Source of the DNA: Macrostomum hystrix
Taxonomy: Eukaryota > Animalia > Platyhelminthes
Assembly: GCA_950097015.1 (NCBI GenBank)
Contig: CATNEN010000025.1
Coordinates: 6,510,001-6,574,000 of the forward strand
DNA: 64,000 nt
Reading direction: 5' to 3'
Shown here: one piece after another, positions 41,765 to 53,521 of the stretch
Layout of the letters: every line of letters begins with the position of its first letter
Position numbering within the stretch: position 1 is the first letter of the stretch
Program-made: the position numbers and the translations under genes
The notes under the pieces: generated by a model
Databases searched by the model: none
What the model was told of the DNA's origin: nothing
The model's input: the letters and a program-made list of their open reading frames with translations, nothing else

Positions 41765-44700
41765 TAGTCGTCTCGGACTCACGCTGCTCTGCTACTGTCT
41801 TCTTTTAGAGGCCGTTAGAGCAAAGCTGAACTCTCTGCAAGGTGACGCTTTGTCAAAGGATGCAAGCCGCAGATTTAACAGCTTGCCCACTGATCAACGG
41901 CATCAACCAAACTCGGGCTGGAAGACATCGCGACCCACCCAGCAACCGATTGTAGCCACCCAGCAACCAATTCCATCCACCCAGCAACCGATTGTAGCCA
42001 CCCAGCAACCAATTCCATCCACCCAGCAACATATTGTAGCCACCCAGCAACCAATTCCATCCACCCAGCAACCGATTGTAGCCACCCAGCAACCAATTCC
42101 ATCCACCCAGCAACATATTGTAGCCACCCAGCAACCAATTCCATCCACCCAGCAACCGATTGTAGCCACCCAGCAACCAATTTTAGCCGCCCAGCGACCA
42201 ATTCCATCCACCCAGCAACCGATTCCATCAACCCAGCAACCGATTGTAGCCACCCAGCAACCGATTTTAGCCACCCAGCGACTGATTCAACCAGCCCAGC
42301 AACCGATTTTAGCCACCCAGCGACTGATTCAACCAGCCCAGCAACCGACACAAACAGCCCAGCAACCGACTCAAACAGCCCAGCAATCGACTCAAACAGC
42401 CCAGCAATCGACTCAACCAGCCCAGCAACCGACTCAAACAGCCCTGCAATCGACTCAAACAGCCCAGCAACCGACACAAACAGCCCAGCAACCGACTCAA
42501 ACAGCCCAGCAATCGACTCAACCAGCCCAGCAACCGACTCAACCAGCCCAGCAACCGACTCAAACAGCCCAGCAACCGACTCAAACAGCCCAGCAATCGA
42601 CTCAACCAGCCCAGCAACCGACTCAAACAGCCCAGCAATCGACTCAACCAGCCCAGCAACCGACTCAACCAGCCCAGCAACCGACTCAAACAGCCCAGCA
42701 ACCGACTCAAACAGCCCAGCAATCGACTCAACCAGCCCAGCAACCGACTCAAACAGCCCAGCAACCGACTCAAACAGCCCAGCAACCGACTCAAACAGCC
42801 CAGCAATCGACTCAACCAGCCCAGCAACCGACTCAACCAGCCCAGCAACCGACTCAAACAGCCCAGCAACCGACTCAACCAGCCCAGCAACCGATGCCAG
42901 ACAAGTACCTGCTCGTGCTAGACGCAGGCAGCACAGGCACCAGAATCAACGTCATGCACTTCCAGCCAGACGCGGGCCATTCAGCTGGTCTGCGTCTCGT
43001 CCGCTTGGATTACGAGAGCGTCCGGCCCGGGCTCTCGGCCTATCGGCACTTCCCCAACCGGGTGGCGGCGAACCTGGCCCCGCTGTTGGCCTTCGCGGCG
43101 CAGCGCGTGCCAGCGGAGGCGCCGCCGACGGCAGCGGTGCTGGCCGCCACGGCCGGACTGCGGAGCCTCCAGCGATCCGACCAGCAGCGACTGCTGATGT
43201 CGGTCAGGCGGGCTTTGAAGACTGGCGCAGCCAGAGGGTCGAGAATCGGGCCGACCTCGGCTCGAGTGCTCAGCGGCACCGAGGAGGCGCTGTTCGGCTG
43301 GCTGGCCGTGAACTTCCTCATGAACTCGCTGGGCCGTGGCGCGAACTCTGCGGCCAGCACCTACGGCATGCTGGACATGGGCGGCGGCTCCACCCAGATT
43401 GTCTTCCAGCCGGAGCAGCCAGACCCGGCAGATCAGTACTCGGTGCCGTTCCGCACCCTCGGCGGCCGGGTGTTTGTGCTGCATCAGCACAGCTACCAGA
43501 CGCTTGGAATGTCGCAGGTGAGATGACTTTCAATTTTTGGAAAGTCCGGCTTTTGAGCTACTATAAGTAGACAAAAAGCACACTGATGCTTTTTTTATAA
43601 AAACAAACAAAAATGAGCGCAAAAGTTCGTTGTGCACTTTTAAATTGTATCACGCAAAGGGAAGTTGTAGGCCAGTGCGTTTGGCTGCTGAATGTGTGGT
43701 CTGGAGTTCGAATTTCAGGACAGGGGAAAAATAGTTATGATTGCTGGAGGGCGACTGAGGACAACGTTTAGTGGCACTAGACCCGCAGCCAGCGAGGAGG
43801 CAATTCTGCCTATTCCGCTGACTCCTGAGCACACACGCACACAGATACTGTACGCAGGCATTCACTCACACAGGTGTGTACATCTGCCCTGACTTTCTCA
43901 TCGTCAGAAAGTTTACACTTTCACTGTGCCTCGGAGGTTGGCCCTTAAGGGCGTAAAATTGCACGACAAGCCCTCAAGCCTTCTCTCTAAATAAATGTGG
44001 CCTCGCTGCGGAATCGAGCTCAGGGACGTTGGTGCAAGAGGCAAACTCTTTATAACCGCTCAGCCACTCACCTCCAAGCACAGGGAAAACAGTAGGCGTC
44101 CTTGATTGATAGATTGAAATAACAGCCAATGATACAGCCGCAGCTTTTAAATTTCTGCGTACAGCGTATTGCGGTAGGGCCCAGTCCACGGACTGAACAG
44201 TTGCAGAAGTGGACTAAACCTAATAGGGTTGTTTCTAAGTGATTTCAATCTCATTTCGTCATTTGCCAGGTGACCCTCGACCTTCTCGGCCACAGCGAGG
44301 ACAGCGGCGACGGACACTTTGTGACCCCCTGCCTGGCGGCCAACTTTTCCGCCAATTTCAGCTTCGGCGCCATCACTGTTGTAGTTCAGGGCGACAATCA
44401 GGTTAGCGATGCCGAACGGTTCGATCTGTGCGCTCAGCAACACGAGCATCGACTCAATGCGGCCAATGTGCACAGGTAGGCGGCGGCTTCTGGAGGAGTT
44501 TAACAGGGGTGACTGAAGTTTAAAAAGGGAGACTGTAGTTTAACAGGGGAGATGTAGTTTAACAAGGGAGATGTAGTTTAACAGGGGTGACTGAAGTTTA
44601 AAAGGGGAGACTGTGGTTTAACAGTGGAGATGTAGTTTAACAGGGGAGACTGTAGTTTAACAGGGGAGACTGTAGTTTAACAGGGGATACTGTAGTTTAA

Positions 44701-47700
44701 CAGGGGAGACTGTAGTTTAACAGGGGAGACTGTTGTTTAACAGGGGAGACTGTAGTTTAACAGGGGAGATGTAGTTTAACAGGGGAGACTGTAGTTTAAC
44801 AGGGGAGATGTAGTTTAACAGGGGAGATGTAGTTTAACAGGGGAGATGTAGTTTAACAGGGGAGATGTAGTTTAACAGGGGAGATGTAGTTTAACAGGGG
44901 AGACTGTAGTTTAACAGGGGAGATGTAGTTTAACAAGGGAGATGTAGTTTAACAGGGTAGACTGTAGTTTAACAGGGGAGATGTAGTTTAACAGGGGAGA
45001 TGTAGTTTAACAGGGGAGATGTAGTTTAACAGGGGAGATGTAGTTTAACAGGGGAGATGTAGTGTAACAGGGGAGACTGTAGTTTAACAGGGGAGACTGT
45101 AGCTTAACAGGGGAGATGTAGTTTAACAGGGGAGACTGTTGTTTAACAGGGGAGACTGTAGTTTAACAGGGGAGACTGTAGTTTAACAGGGGAGATGTAG
45201 TTTAACAGGGGAGATGTAGTTTAACAGGGGAGACTGTAGTTTAACAGGGGAGATGTAGTTTAACAGGGGAGATGTAGTTTAACAGGGGAGACTGTAGTTT
45301 AACAGGGGAGATGTAGTTTAACAGGGGAGATGTAGTTTAACAGGGGAGACTGTAGTTTAACAGGGGAGATGTAGTTTAACAGGGGAGATGTAGTTTAACA
45401 GGGGAGATGTAGTTTAACAGGGGAGATGTAGTTTAACAGGGGAGATGTAGTTTAACAGGGGAGACTGTAGTTTAACAGGGGAGATGTAGTTTAACAAGGG
45501 AGATGTAGTTTAACAGGGGAGACTGTAGTTTAACAGGGGAGATGTAGTTTAACAAGGGAGATGTAGTTTAACAGGGTAGACTGTAGTTTAACAGGGGAGA
45601 TGTAGTTTAACAGGGGAGATGTAGTTTAACAGGGGTGACTGAAGTTTAAAAGGGGAGACTGTGGTTTAACAGGGGAGATGTAGTTTAACAGGGGAGACTG
45701 TAGTTTAACAGGGGAGATGTAGTTTAACAAGGGAGATGTAGTTTAACAGGGGAGACTGTAGTTTAACAGGGGAGACTGTAGTTTAACAGGGGATACTGTA
45801 GTTTAACAGGGGAGACTGTAGTTTAACAGGGGAGACTGTTGTTTAACAGGGGAGACTGTAGTTTAACAGGGGAGATGTAGTTTAACAGGGGAGACTGTAG
45901 TTTAACAGGGGAGATGTAGTTTAACAGGGGAGATGTAGTTTAACAGGGGAGATGTAGTTTAACAGGGGAGATGTAGTTTAACAGGGGAGATGTAGTTTAA
46001 CAGGGGAGACTGTAGTTTAACAGGGGAGATGTAGTTTAACAAGGGAGATGTAGTTTAACAGGGTAGACTGTAGTTTAACAGGGGAGATGTAGTTTAACAG
46101 GGGAGATGTAGTTTAACAGGGGAGATGTAGTTTAACAGGGGAGATGTTGTTTAACAGGGGAGATGTAGTGTAACAGGGGAGACTGTAGTTTAACAGGGGA
46201 GACTGTAGCTTAACAGGGGAGATGTAGTTTAACAGGGGAGACTGTTGTTTAACAGGGGAGACTGTAGTTTAACAGGGGAGACTGTAGTTTAACAGGGGAG
46301 ATGTAGTTTAACAGGGGAGACTGTAGTTTAACAGGGGAGATGTAGTTTAACAGGGGAGATGTAGTGTAACAGGGGAGACTGTAGTTTAACAGGGGAGACT
46401 GTAGTTTAACAGGGGAGATGTAGTTTAACAGGGGAGATGTAGTTTAACAGGGGAGACTGTAGTTTAACAGGGGAGATGTAGTTTAACAGGGGAGACTGTA
46501 GTTTAACAGGGGAGATGTAGTTTAACAGGGGAGACTGTAGTTTAACAGGGGAGATGTAGTTTAACAGGGGAGACTGTAGTTTAACAGGGGAGATGTAGTT
46601 TAACAGGGGAGATGTAGTTTAACAGGGGAGACTGTAGTTTAACAGGGGAGATGTAGTTTAACAGGGGAGACTGTAGTTTAACAGGGGAGATGTAGTTTAA
46701 CAGGGGAGATGTAGTTTAACAAGGGAGATGTAGTTTAACAGGGTAGACTGTAGTTTAACAGGGGAGATGTAGTTTAACAGGGGAGATGTAGTTTAACAGG
46801 GGAGACTGTAGTTTAACAGGGGAGATGTAGTTTAACAAGGGAGATGTAGTTTAACAGGGTAGACTGTAGTTTAACAGGGGAGATGTAGTTTAACAGGGGA
46901 GATGTAGTTTAACAGGGGAGATGTAGTTTAACAGGGGAGATGTAGTTTAACAGGGGAGATGTAGTGTAACAGGGGAGACTGTAGTTTAACAGGGGAGACT
47001 GTAGCTTAACAGGGGAGATGTAGTTTTACAGGGGAGACTGTTGTTTAACAGGGGAGACTGTAGTTTAACAGGGGAGACTGTAGTTTAACAGGGGAGATGT
47101 AGTTTAACAGGGGAGATGTAGTTTAACAGGGGAGACTGTAGTTTAACAGGGGAGATGTAGTTTAACAGGGGAGACTGTAGTTTAACAGGGGAGATGTAGT
47201 TTAACAGGGGAGATGTAGTTTAACAGGGGAGACTGTAGTTTAACAGGGGAGATGTAGTTTAACAGGGGAGATGTAGTTTAACAGGGGAGACTGTAGTTTA
47301 ACAGGGGAGATGTAGTTTAACAAGGGAGATGTAGTTTAACAGGGTAGACTGTAGTTTAACAGGGGAGATGTAGTTTAACAGGGGAGATGTAGTTTAACAG
47401 GGGAGATGTAGTTTAACAGGGGAGATGTAGTTTAACAGGGGAGATGTAGTGTAACAGGGGAGACTGTAGTTTAACAGGGGAGACTGTAGCTTAACAGGGG
47501 AGATGTAGTTTTACAGGGGAGACTGTTGTTTAACAGGGGAGACTGTAGTTTAACAGGGGAGACTGTAGTTTAACAGGGGAGATGTAGTTTAACAGGGGAG
47601 ATGTAGTTTAACAGGGGAGACTGTAGTTTAACAGGGGAGATGTAGTTTAACAGGGGAGACTGTAGTTTAACAGGGGAGATGTAGTTTAACAGGGGAGATG

Positions 47701-48978
47701 TAGTTTAACAGGGGAGACTGTAGTTTAACAGGGGAGATGTAGTTTAACAGGGGAGATGTAGTTTAACAGGGGAGACTGTAGTTTAACAGGGGAGATGTAG
47801 TTTAACAGGGGAGATGTAGTTTAAGAGGAGAGTCTTAAGGTTTTAACATATAGCTTTACTTATCAGATTGTTATTACACAGGTCAGACTATAGTTTTACA
47901 GGACGCTAAAGTTTAACAGGCGAGGCTGTAGGATTTAACAGGTTAGACCCTGTCCAGGGTCTAACCTGTAAAAACAGGCGAAACTTTAGGTGAACAGGTG
48001 AGAAAGCAGGTAAACAGGTGAGAAAGCAAGTTAACAGGTGAGAAAGCAGGTTAACAGGTGAGAAAGCAGGTTAACAGGTGAGAAAGCAGGTTAACAGGTG
48101 AGAAATCAGGTTAACAGGTGAGAAAGCAGATTAACAGGTGAGAAATTAGGTCAACACGTGAGATAGCGGGTTAACAGATGAGACAGTAGGTTGACAGGTG
48201 ACAAATTAGGTTAAAAGGTGAGAAATTAGATAAACAGGTGAGAATTAGGTTAACATGTGAGAAAGCCGGTCAATGGGTGATAAATTAGGTTAACTGGTGA
48301 GAAAGTGGGCTAATAGATGAGACAATTTTGTTGGTGATGAGGCTGTCATTTTAAAAGTTTGTAAACAAACTATCCCATTATTTTTCTCCCGAAAATCGCA
48401 GACTGCCGCAGTCTCCAACAATGCGCTTTGTCGCCGTGTCGTCCTATTATTATTCGGCCAACACATTCTGGCAGGAGTGGCCAGACACAGCCATGCCAGT
48501 CCCGGGCCAGCTCACAGTTGCCTACCTGGCCTCCGCGGCTCGCACCGCTTGTCGCCGGCCGGTTAGTCGAGGCCGCTACGCGCCCTACACCTGTATCGGC
48601 CTAGTGCACATCTCCAACCTGCTGGCCAAGGGCTATGGTTTCCCAGCGGAGCAGAGACTCTACGTCACCGACAAGATCGACGGCCACTCAGCCAATTGGC
48701 CGCTAGGGCTGGCCGTGCACTGGCTCACTGGCGACGGAGCCGACGGATTCAGCGTTGGCAACTCTAGGAGAGTGCTCCACGGCGGCCAAGCTGACGGCAC
48801 CTTCGCCGATAAGACCGGCGACAGTGGCGAAACTTTCGAGTCTTTTGCCGGAGTCGACGAGCAGCCGGCATTGCCGCGTCCGTCTAAAACAGCTGCTCAA
48901 ATTGAGCACACGCCCTGCTGGCTGTTGACGGTGGCTCTGACTGTGCTAGCAGCTGTGACGCAACTGGGACTCGTCTGA
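41757..48978 (+). CDS. GDA1/CD39 family NTPDase (apyrase, ENTPD5/6-like) with signal peptide and hydrophobic C-terminus
   Basis: Exons 41757-43517 (possibly split by an in-frame intron 41842-42900), 44270-44475 and 48402-48978 have consistent phases 0 and 2. All apyrase conserved regions are seen: ACR1 DAGSTGTR, ACR2 ATAGLR, ACR3 GTEEALFGW, ACR4 DMGGGSTQ and ACR5 NWPLG. Confidence 0.9.
41935..42895. repeat. 21-bp tandem repeat (TQQPIVA / AQQPTQT when translated) inside the NTPDase locus
   Basis: Period 21 and stop-free in the NTPDase frame; whether it is coding or intronic is unresolved. Confidence 0.9.
43770..44078 (-). mobile_element. SINE family 1 copy, tail-truncated, in an NTPDase intron
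   Basis: Aligns by eye with 16930-17250, including the tRNA-like head. Confidence 0.85.
44485..47822. repeat. 3.3-kb satellite of mixed 19/20-bp units GTAGTTTAACAGGGGAGA(T/CT) in an NTPDase intron
   Basis: It starts about 10 nt after the donor at 44476; rare variants recur in blocks. Confidence 0.97.
47990..48310. repeat. 20-bp AGGTTAACAGGTGAGAAAGC repeat near the 3' end of the same intron
   Basis: About 15 copies that decay toward the acceptor at 48400-01. Confidence 0.9.
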
Positions 48979-49626
48979 CCTTCAACCGAGCTTGGAATGT
49001 CTTGACTAGTTTTTTGAAACTATCTTTCATATCTTGACTGCTGTGGTTAATATTTGGAAATATTTCCGCGGGACAGACCGAGAGGACGGGAGTTCGAATC
49101 GCAGAAAATTCTGTGAGTGTGGCGACTCCCTAGTCCATGGACTGAACAGCTGTACAAAGCCTTTGGAGTGTGACTGCCTGTACATCTAATCAAAATTGGT
49201 GGGGCATAATTTCTAACTTCTATTTCTTCCTATGAGTAAAGGTTGTGAGTTCGAATCCCATCATTTGTAACAATTTACAAAAGTTCGTTAAGATCACTTT
49301 GGCATCTACAGACAAAAAACAAGTGTTTGAAATAGCGCCAGGTAAATTATATTTCTGCTCGATTTTATTTCTTTTTCTCCCTTTGTTGTAATGTGCCTTG
49401 TCGTGTACTTTTAAAGTGTCGGAAATTTGTCTTTTTTATTGTTTATTGCTCTATCTATATGGAAAAACAACCGCTAACTTGAACGCAAACCTCACCCAAT
49501 CACCCACTAGATAGATTTTGGTGTTTAAAAAAATGGAAAGTTGAAAATATATTATGCATATTTGCAAACATGCCGAGCTGAAAAGTTAAAAATTTATTAT
49601 TTACCTAGAATGTCTTACTAAGTCAA

Positions 49627-50375
49627 TACAGTATCAGTACACAATCTGTGTACAGTATCAGTACACAATCTGTGTACAGTATCAGTACACAATCTGTGTA
49701 CAGTATCAGTACACAATCTGTGTACAGTATCAGTACACAATCTGTGTACAGTATCAGTACACAATCTGTGTACAGTATCAGTACACAATCTGTGTACAGT
49801 ATCAGTACACAATCTGTGTACAGTATCAGTACACAATCTATGTACAGTATCAGTACACAATCTATGTACAGTATCAGTACACAATCTGTGTACAGTATCA
49901 GTACACAATCTATGTACAGTATCAGTACACAATCTGTGTACAGTATCAGTACACAATCTATGTACAGTATCAGTACACAATCTGTGTACAGTATCAGTAC
50001 ACAATCTGTGTACAGTATCAGTACACAATCTGTGTACAGTATCAGTACACAATCTGTGTACAGTATCAGTACACAATCTATGTACAGTATCAGTACACAA
50101 TCGATGTACAGTATCAGTACACAATCGATGTACAGTATCAGTACACAATCGATGTACAGTATCAGTTCACAATCGATGTACAGTATCAGTTCACAATCGA
50201 TGTACAGTATCAGTACACAATCTGTGTACAGTATCAGTTCACAATTGATGTACAGTATCAGTTCACAATCGATGTACAGTATCAGTTCACAATCGATGTA
50301 CAGTATCAGTACACAATCTGTGTACAGTATCAGTTCACAATCGATGTACAGTATCAGTTCACAATCGATGTACAG
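49627..50375. repeat. 24-bp minisatellite ACAGTATCAGTACACAATCTGTGT, intergenic
   Basis: Period 24, with variants accumulating toward the 3' end. Confidence 0.96.
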
Positions 50376-50736
50376 AATGCACCGTTTTAGTGCAGTATTA
50401 TTGTTTGTAAGGTAGTATTTTTCTGATACAATTCTTTTTTCAAAAGTACATAATGAGGGAAATATGTACTAACTAAAAAAATGTTCGAAGTCTCAACCAA
50501 GAAGGTGCAAGCTTCATTTACCAAACAAAGAATACATTGAACAGTTTGAGCAACCAGCTAGTCACGCTTTGAGCACGGACTAACGATGAAAAAAAGAGAT
50601 CATTAGGCAGAGCGGGCACTGCTTCTAGAGAAAGTTAAGTAACGGAAGGCTAGGATGATCTATTGTTTTCGAGTCTAGTTAGGACTGACTTAAGAAGAAC
50701 GAATCCACAGTTCTGCTTTAGCATTCGACAACAAAA

Positions 50737-52126
50737 ATGTCTGGCTTGCTGCACAGCCTGCCTCCCGAGCTGCTGTCGCAGATCTTTCTACGCCTGCCGA
50801 CTGTCTCGGACTTGCTGCACAGCGCTGCCGCCAGTCGCCATTTCGAAGCTGTCATTGGCACGGGCCACTTCCTGCTGGAATATTCCCGTCAGCGCCGACT
50901 CCTGAGCCTCATCAGCAGCCGCGGCTGGCAGGCGCTTGAAGGACATCGCTTAGCCGGCGGTAGCTGCTGCTCGTGCTGCCTGGAGTTCCTCATGACTGGC
51001 GAGGAGCTGCTGGCGGCACGGCGAGTCGGTGGCGGACTTCGCGAAGGTCTAGCCAGGGCGAGGCGGCAGGGCTACCTGCACATGGACATTCGGGGCGTGG
51101 AGGTGCTCACAGTGGCAGCCGATGCCGGCTTGTTTTCTCACCTGCCTGAGGGGCGGCTCGCACTGCAGCTTGAAGAAGGATGCACGGCCGGAATCGAACT
51201 TCAGACTGTCTATGCCTGCAACGGTATTCGTGAGTTATTCAATTTCCTATTCTTGAGAACAATGGGTGCTGATGTTTAAAGATGATTGTGCCTTAAGAAC
51301 GCTCGCACGAGTGTCTGTGTGCGTGTGTGCTCAGGTGTCAGCGAAATTGGGCAGAATTGCCTCCTCGCTGGCTGCTGGTCTAGTGTCACCAAATAATGGG
51401 GCCATTGCCGGCAGCCCTCCTGCAATTATTTTTTTTATTTAAGAAGTAGATCTCGTTGTCTGCTTCAAGCTTTATTTGTGAAAACATAGATTTAATATTT
51501 CTTTTTTTCCTTTTCTATGTATGCCCTCCTCTGTCCATATAGGAAAAGTAAAGAAAACAGAATGAAGATGAAATTAGTTTCTCGTTTCTTGACAATTTCA
51601 ATTTTTTTAATGCTAATCCCCAGACCCCCGGCTAACCCGGGTCGCCTACAGCATCGTGGCCTCCAATCCTGCCGGATCGCCAGACGATGTTCGTAGATAC
51701 CGTTGGTTCAGCAACCGGGTCGCCCTGGACGATCTTCTACAACTCGACGCAGCCAATGGCGAGTCTCTGAACTGCGAGGCTCGCCAACTGCTGGACAACT
51801 GCCACGCAGTTCAGCTGCTGCTGCTGCTGCCGGATGATCCGCGCGATTCGAGCGTCAGAGACATCATTCGCCGCATTATGGCGCCATTCGCAGCTGTTCC
51901 AGGCCGACGACCGCGTCATCCGGTGCCGCTGCTGGTGGCGGCTGTCGGGCAGCGAACCAGCCGCAGAGACAGTCATCGGGAGGACGCCCGCCAGCTGATT
52001 CATCTGGCTGGGCTGGACAGGCTGGACGGCCACGCCTGGCTGGCAGGCAGGCCGGACAGTCGGCAGGACTGGGCAACCGCGCTGCGTTGGCAGCTCGCCC
52101 ACGTGCTGGAGGACATGTTTCTGTAG
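50737..52126 (+). CDS. FBXO4: F-box protein, FBXO4-like (F-box plus degenerate small-GTPase-like fold)
   Basis: Exons 50737-51229 and 51624-52126 join through a phase-1 intron (C|GTGAGT...CCCAG). The F-box LHSLPPELLSQIFLRL is clear. Segments FLMTGEEL, GCTAGIELQ, RRIMA...PLLVAA, HAWLAG and ALRWQL line up with FBXO4 as I recall it (LMSSEEL, GIGSGVNFQ, HIMA...RPLLVLS, HPWLV, GIEWIL). The gene symbol is tentative. Confidence 0.68.
51312..51440 (+). mobile_element. SINE family 1, 3' fragment, in the F-box gene intron
   Basis: GTGTGCTCAGG.GTCAGCGAAAT.GGGCAGAATTGCCTCCTCGCTGGCTGC...GCAATTATTTTTTTTATT matches the family 3' end. Confidence 0.85.
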
Positions 52127-53521
52127 CTCCAGCACGCACACACAATTTATAAAAAAAGGCTGCGATATGTAGTCTATAAGCACTAATCTAAATTAGTTTA
52201 AGAGTTCTATCTAGGGTTTTAGCCTAGTTGAAGCAACTTGTCTCTAAACTCTGCGTGGCTTCAGTTCGCCCAAATTTTTACGCAGCCTTCGGCAGTTTCT
52301 GCGGCCGCGCCACAAAAAAGTGTTTATCCGAGTTAAACCATTATGCGAGTAAATCGACGCACAACAGACTAAAAAATGAATGCTAATTTGTTGCATTCGT
52401 TGTTTTATTTCGACGCATGTTGAACCAGCAACTGGATACCATATTTGCTTATTTTGGTCTGTTCAACAGGTCTAGATTAATAGACATGATGGATGGAGTC
52501 TGAACTGATTGCGAGAGACGAAGAAATGATTTTCTTCAGTAAAAAAACATTCCAGTCATTAAAATGGTATTTAGCATAAAAAGCATATGTGCATAAAAGT
52601 TCATGCTTAATATTGAACTGGACGAGTTGTCAGGCTGCAAGGTAAAATCATCCACCGATAAAAAACTGGAGCCGTAATAAATAAGTTTCCATCGAGTTCC
52701 TGTCCTTTATTGCTACACACATACACTTCACTTTATGAACAATTTCAATTATACTAAAAATGAAATATATTTATTATATATAATATATCCTGGAAGCTAT
52801 GTGCATGCGTAAAACTATATACACATTCCCTGTCCAAAGTGTACATTGAGGTCTCTATGGCTTGTACACTCTTTCATACCCTCCGCTGACGACATCCTCA
52901 CTCCCCCACCCTACCCCTCCACTCTTCACTAGCCCTTATGTACATTAGATTCCTGGCCTGTACATTTCTCGGCCAGCTAAGACTAGCTAACCTCACTCCC
53001 ATATTCCTCTTCATTATCCATCAGAATTGCTACCAAATATCCTAAGATTGTAACTTGCACCCCGTAAACATGATAAGCAGCAAACAGTCGAGACTACGTA
53101 CGGTTACGTAAAGTTAAGCAGATGAAATTAACGAGAAGAAAAATGTAATTAAATAAAATGAAGCACTTAAAACTTAGATAAATGGTACAATGAACAATCA
53201 CAAAACGCAACTAGAATAAAAACTTTTTTACGAGACGAAAAAATCATAGTCAGAAGAAAATTTGTTGCTAAAAAGAAATTCTAAAGAGGTATTTACAACA
53301 TTATCGCGATTACCTCATGCCTGTGAGCGCAGCCATTCCTACTTCTAGTAGCTACCATAGAATATTATGTCTTAGATTTTTGCGTGCCCAACTCTGGGCA
53401 AATATTTGCGAAGTGACCATACTAAATTGCTTTCTGCTAGCTAAAAACTGAGCAGCACTACTCTGACAATGCTCGTATGTGAGCATAGCAGAATTGTGCA
53501 AGCCAGTAAGGAGACGAGCGG

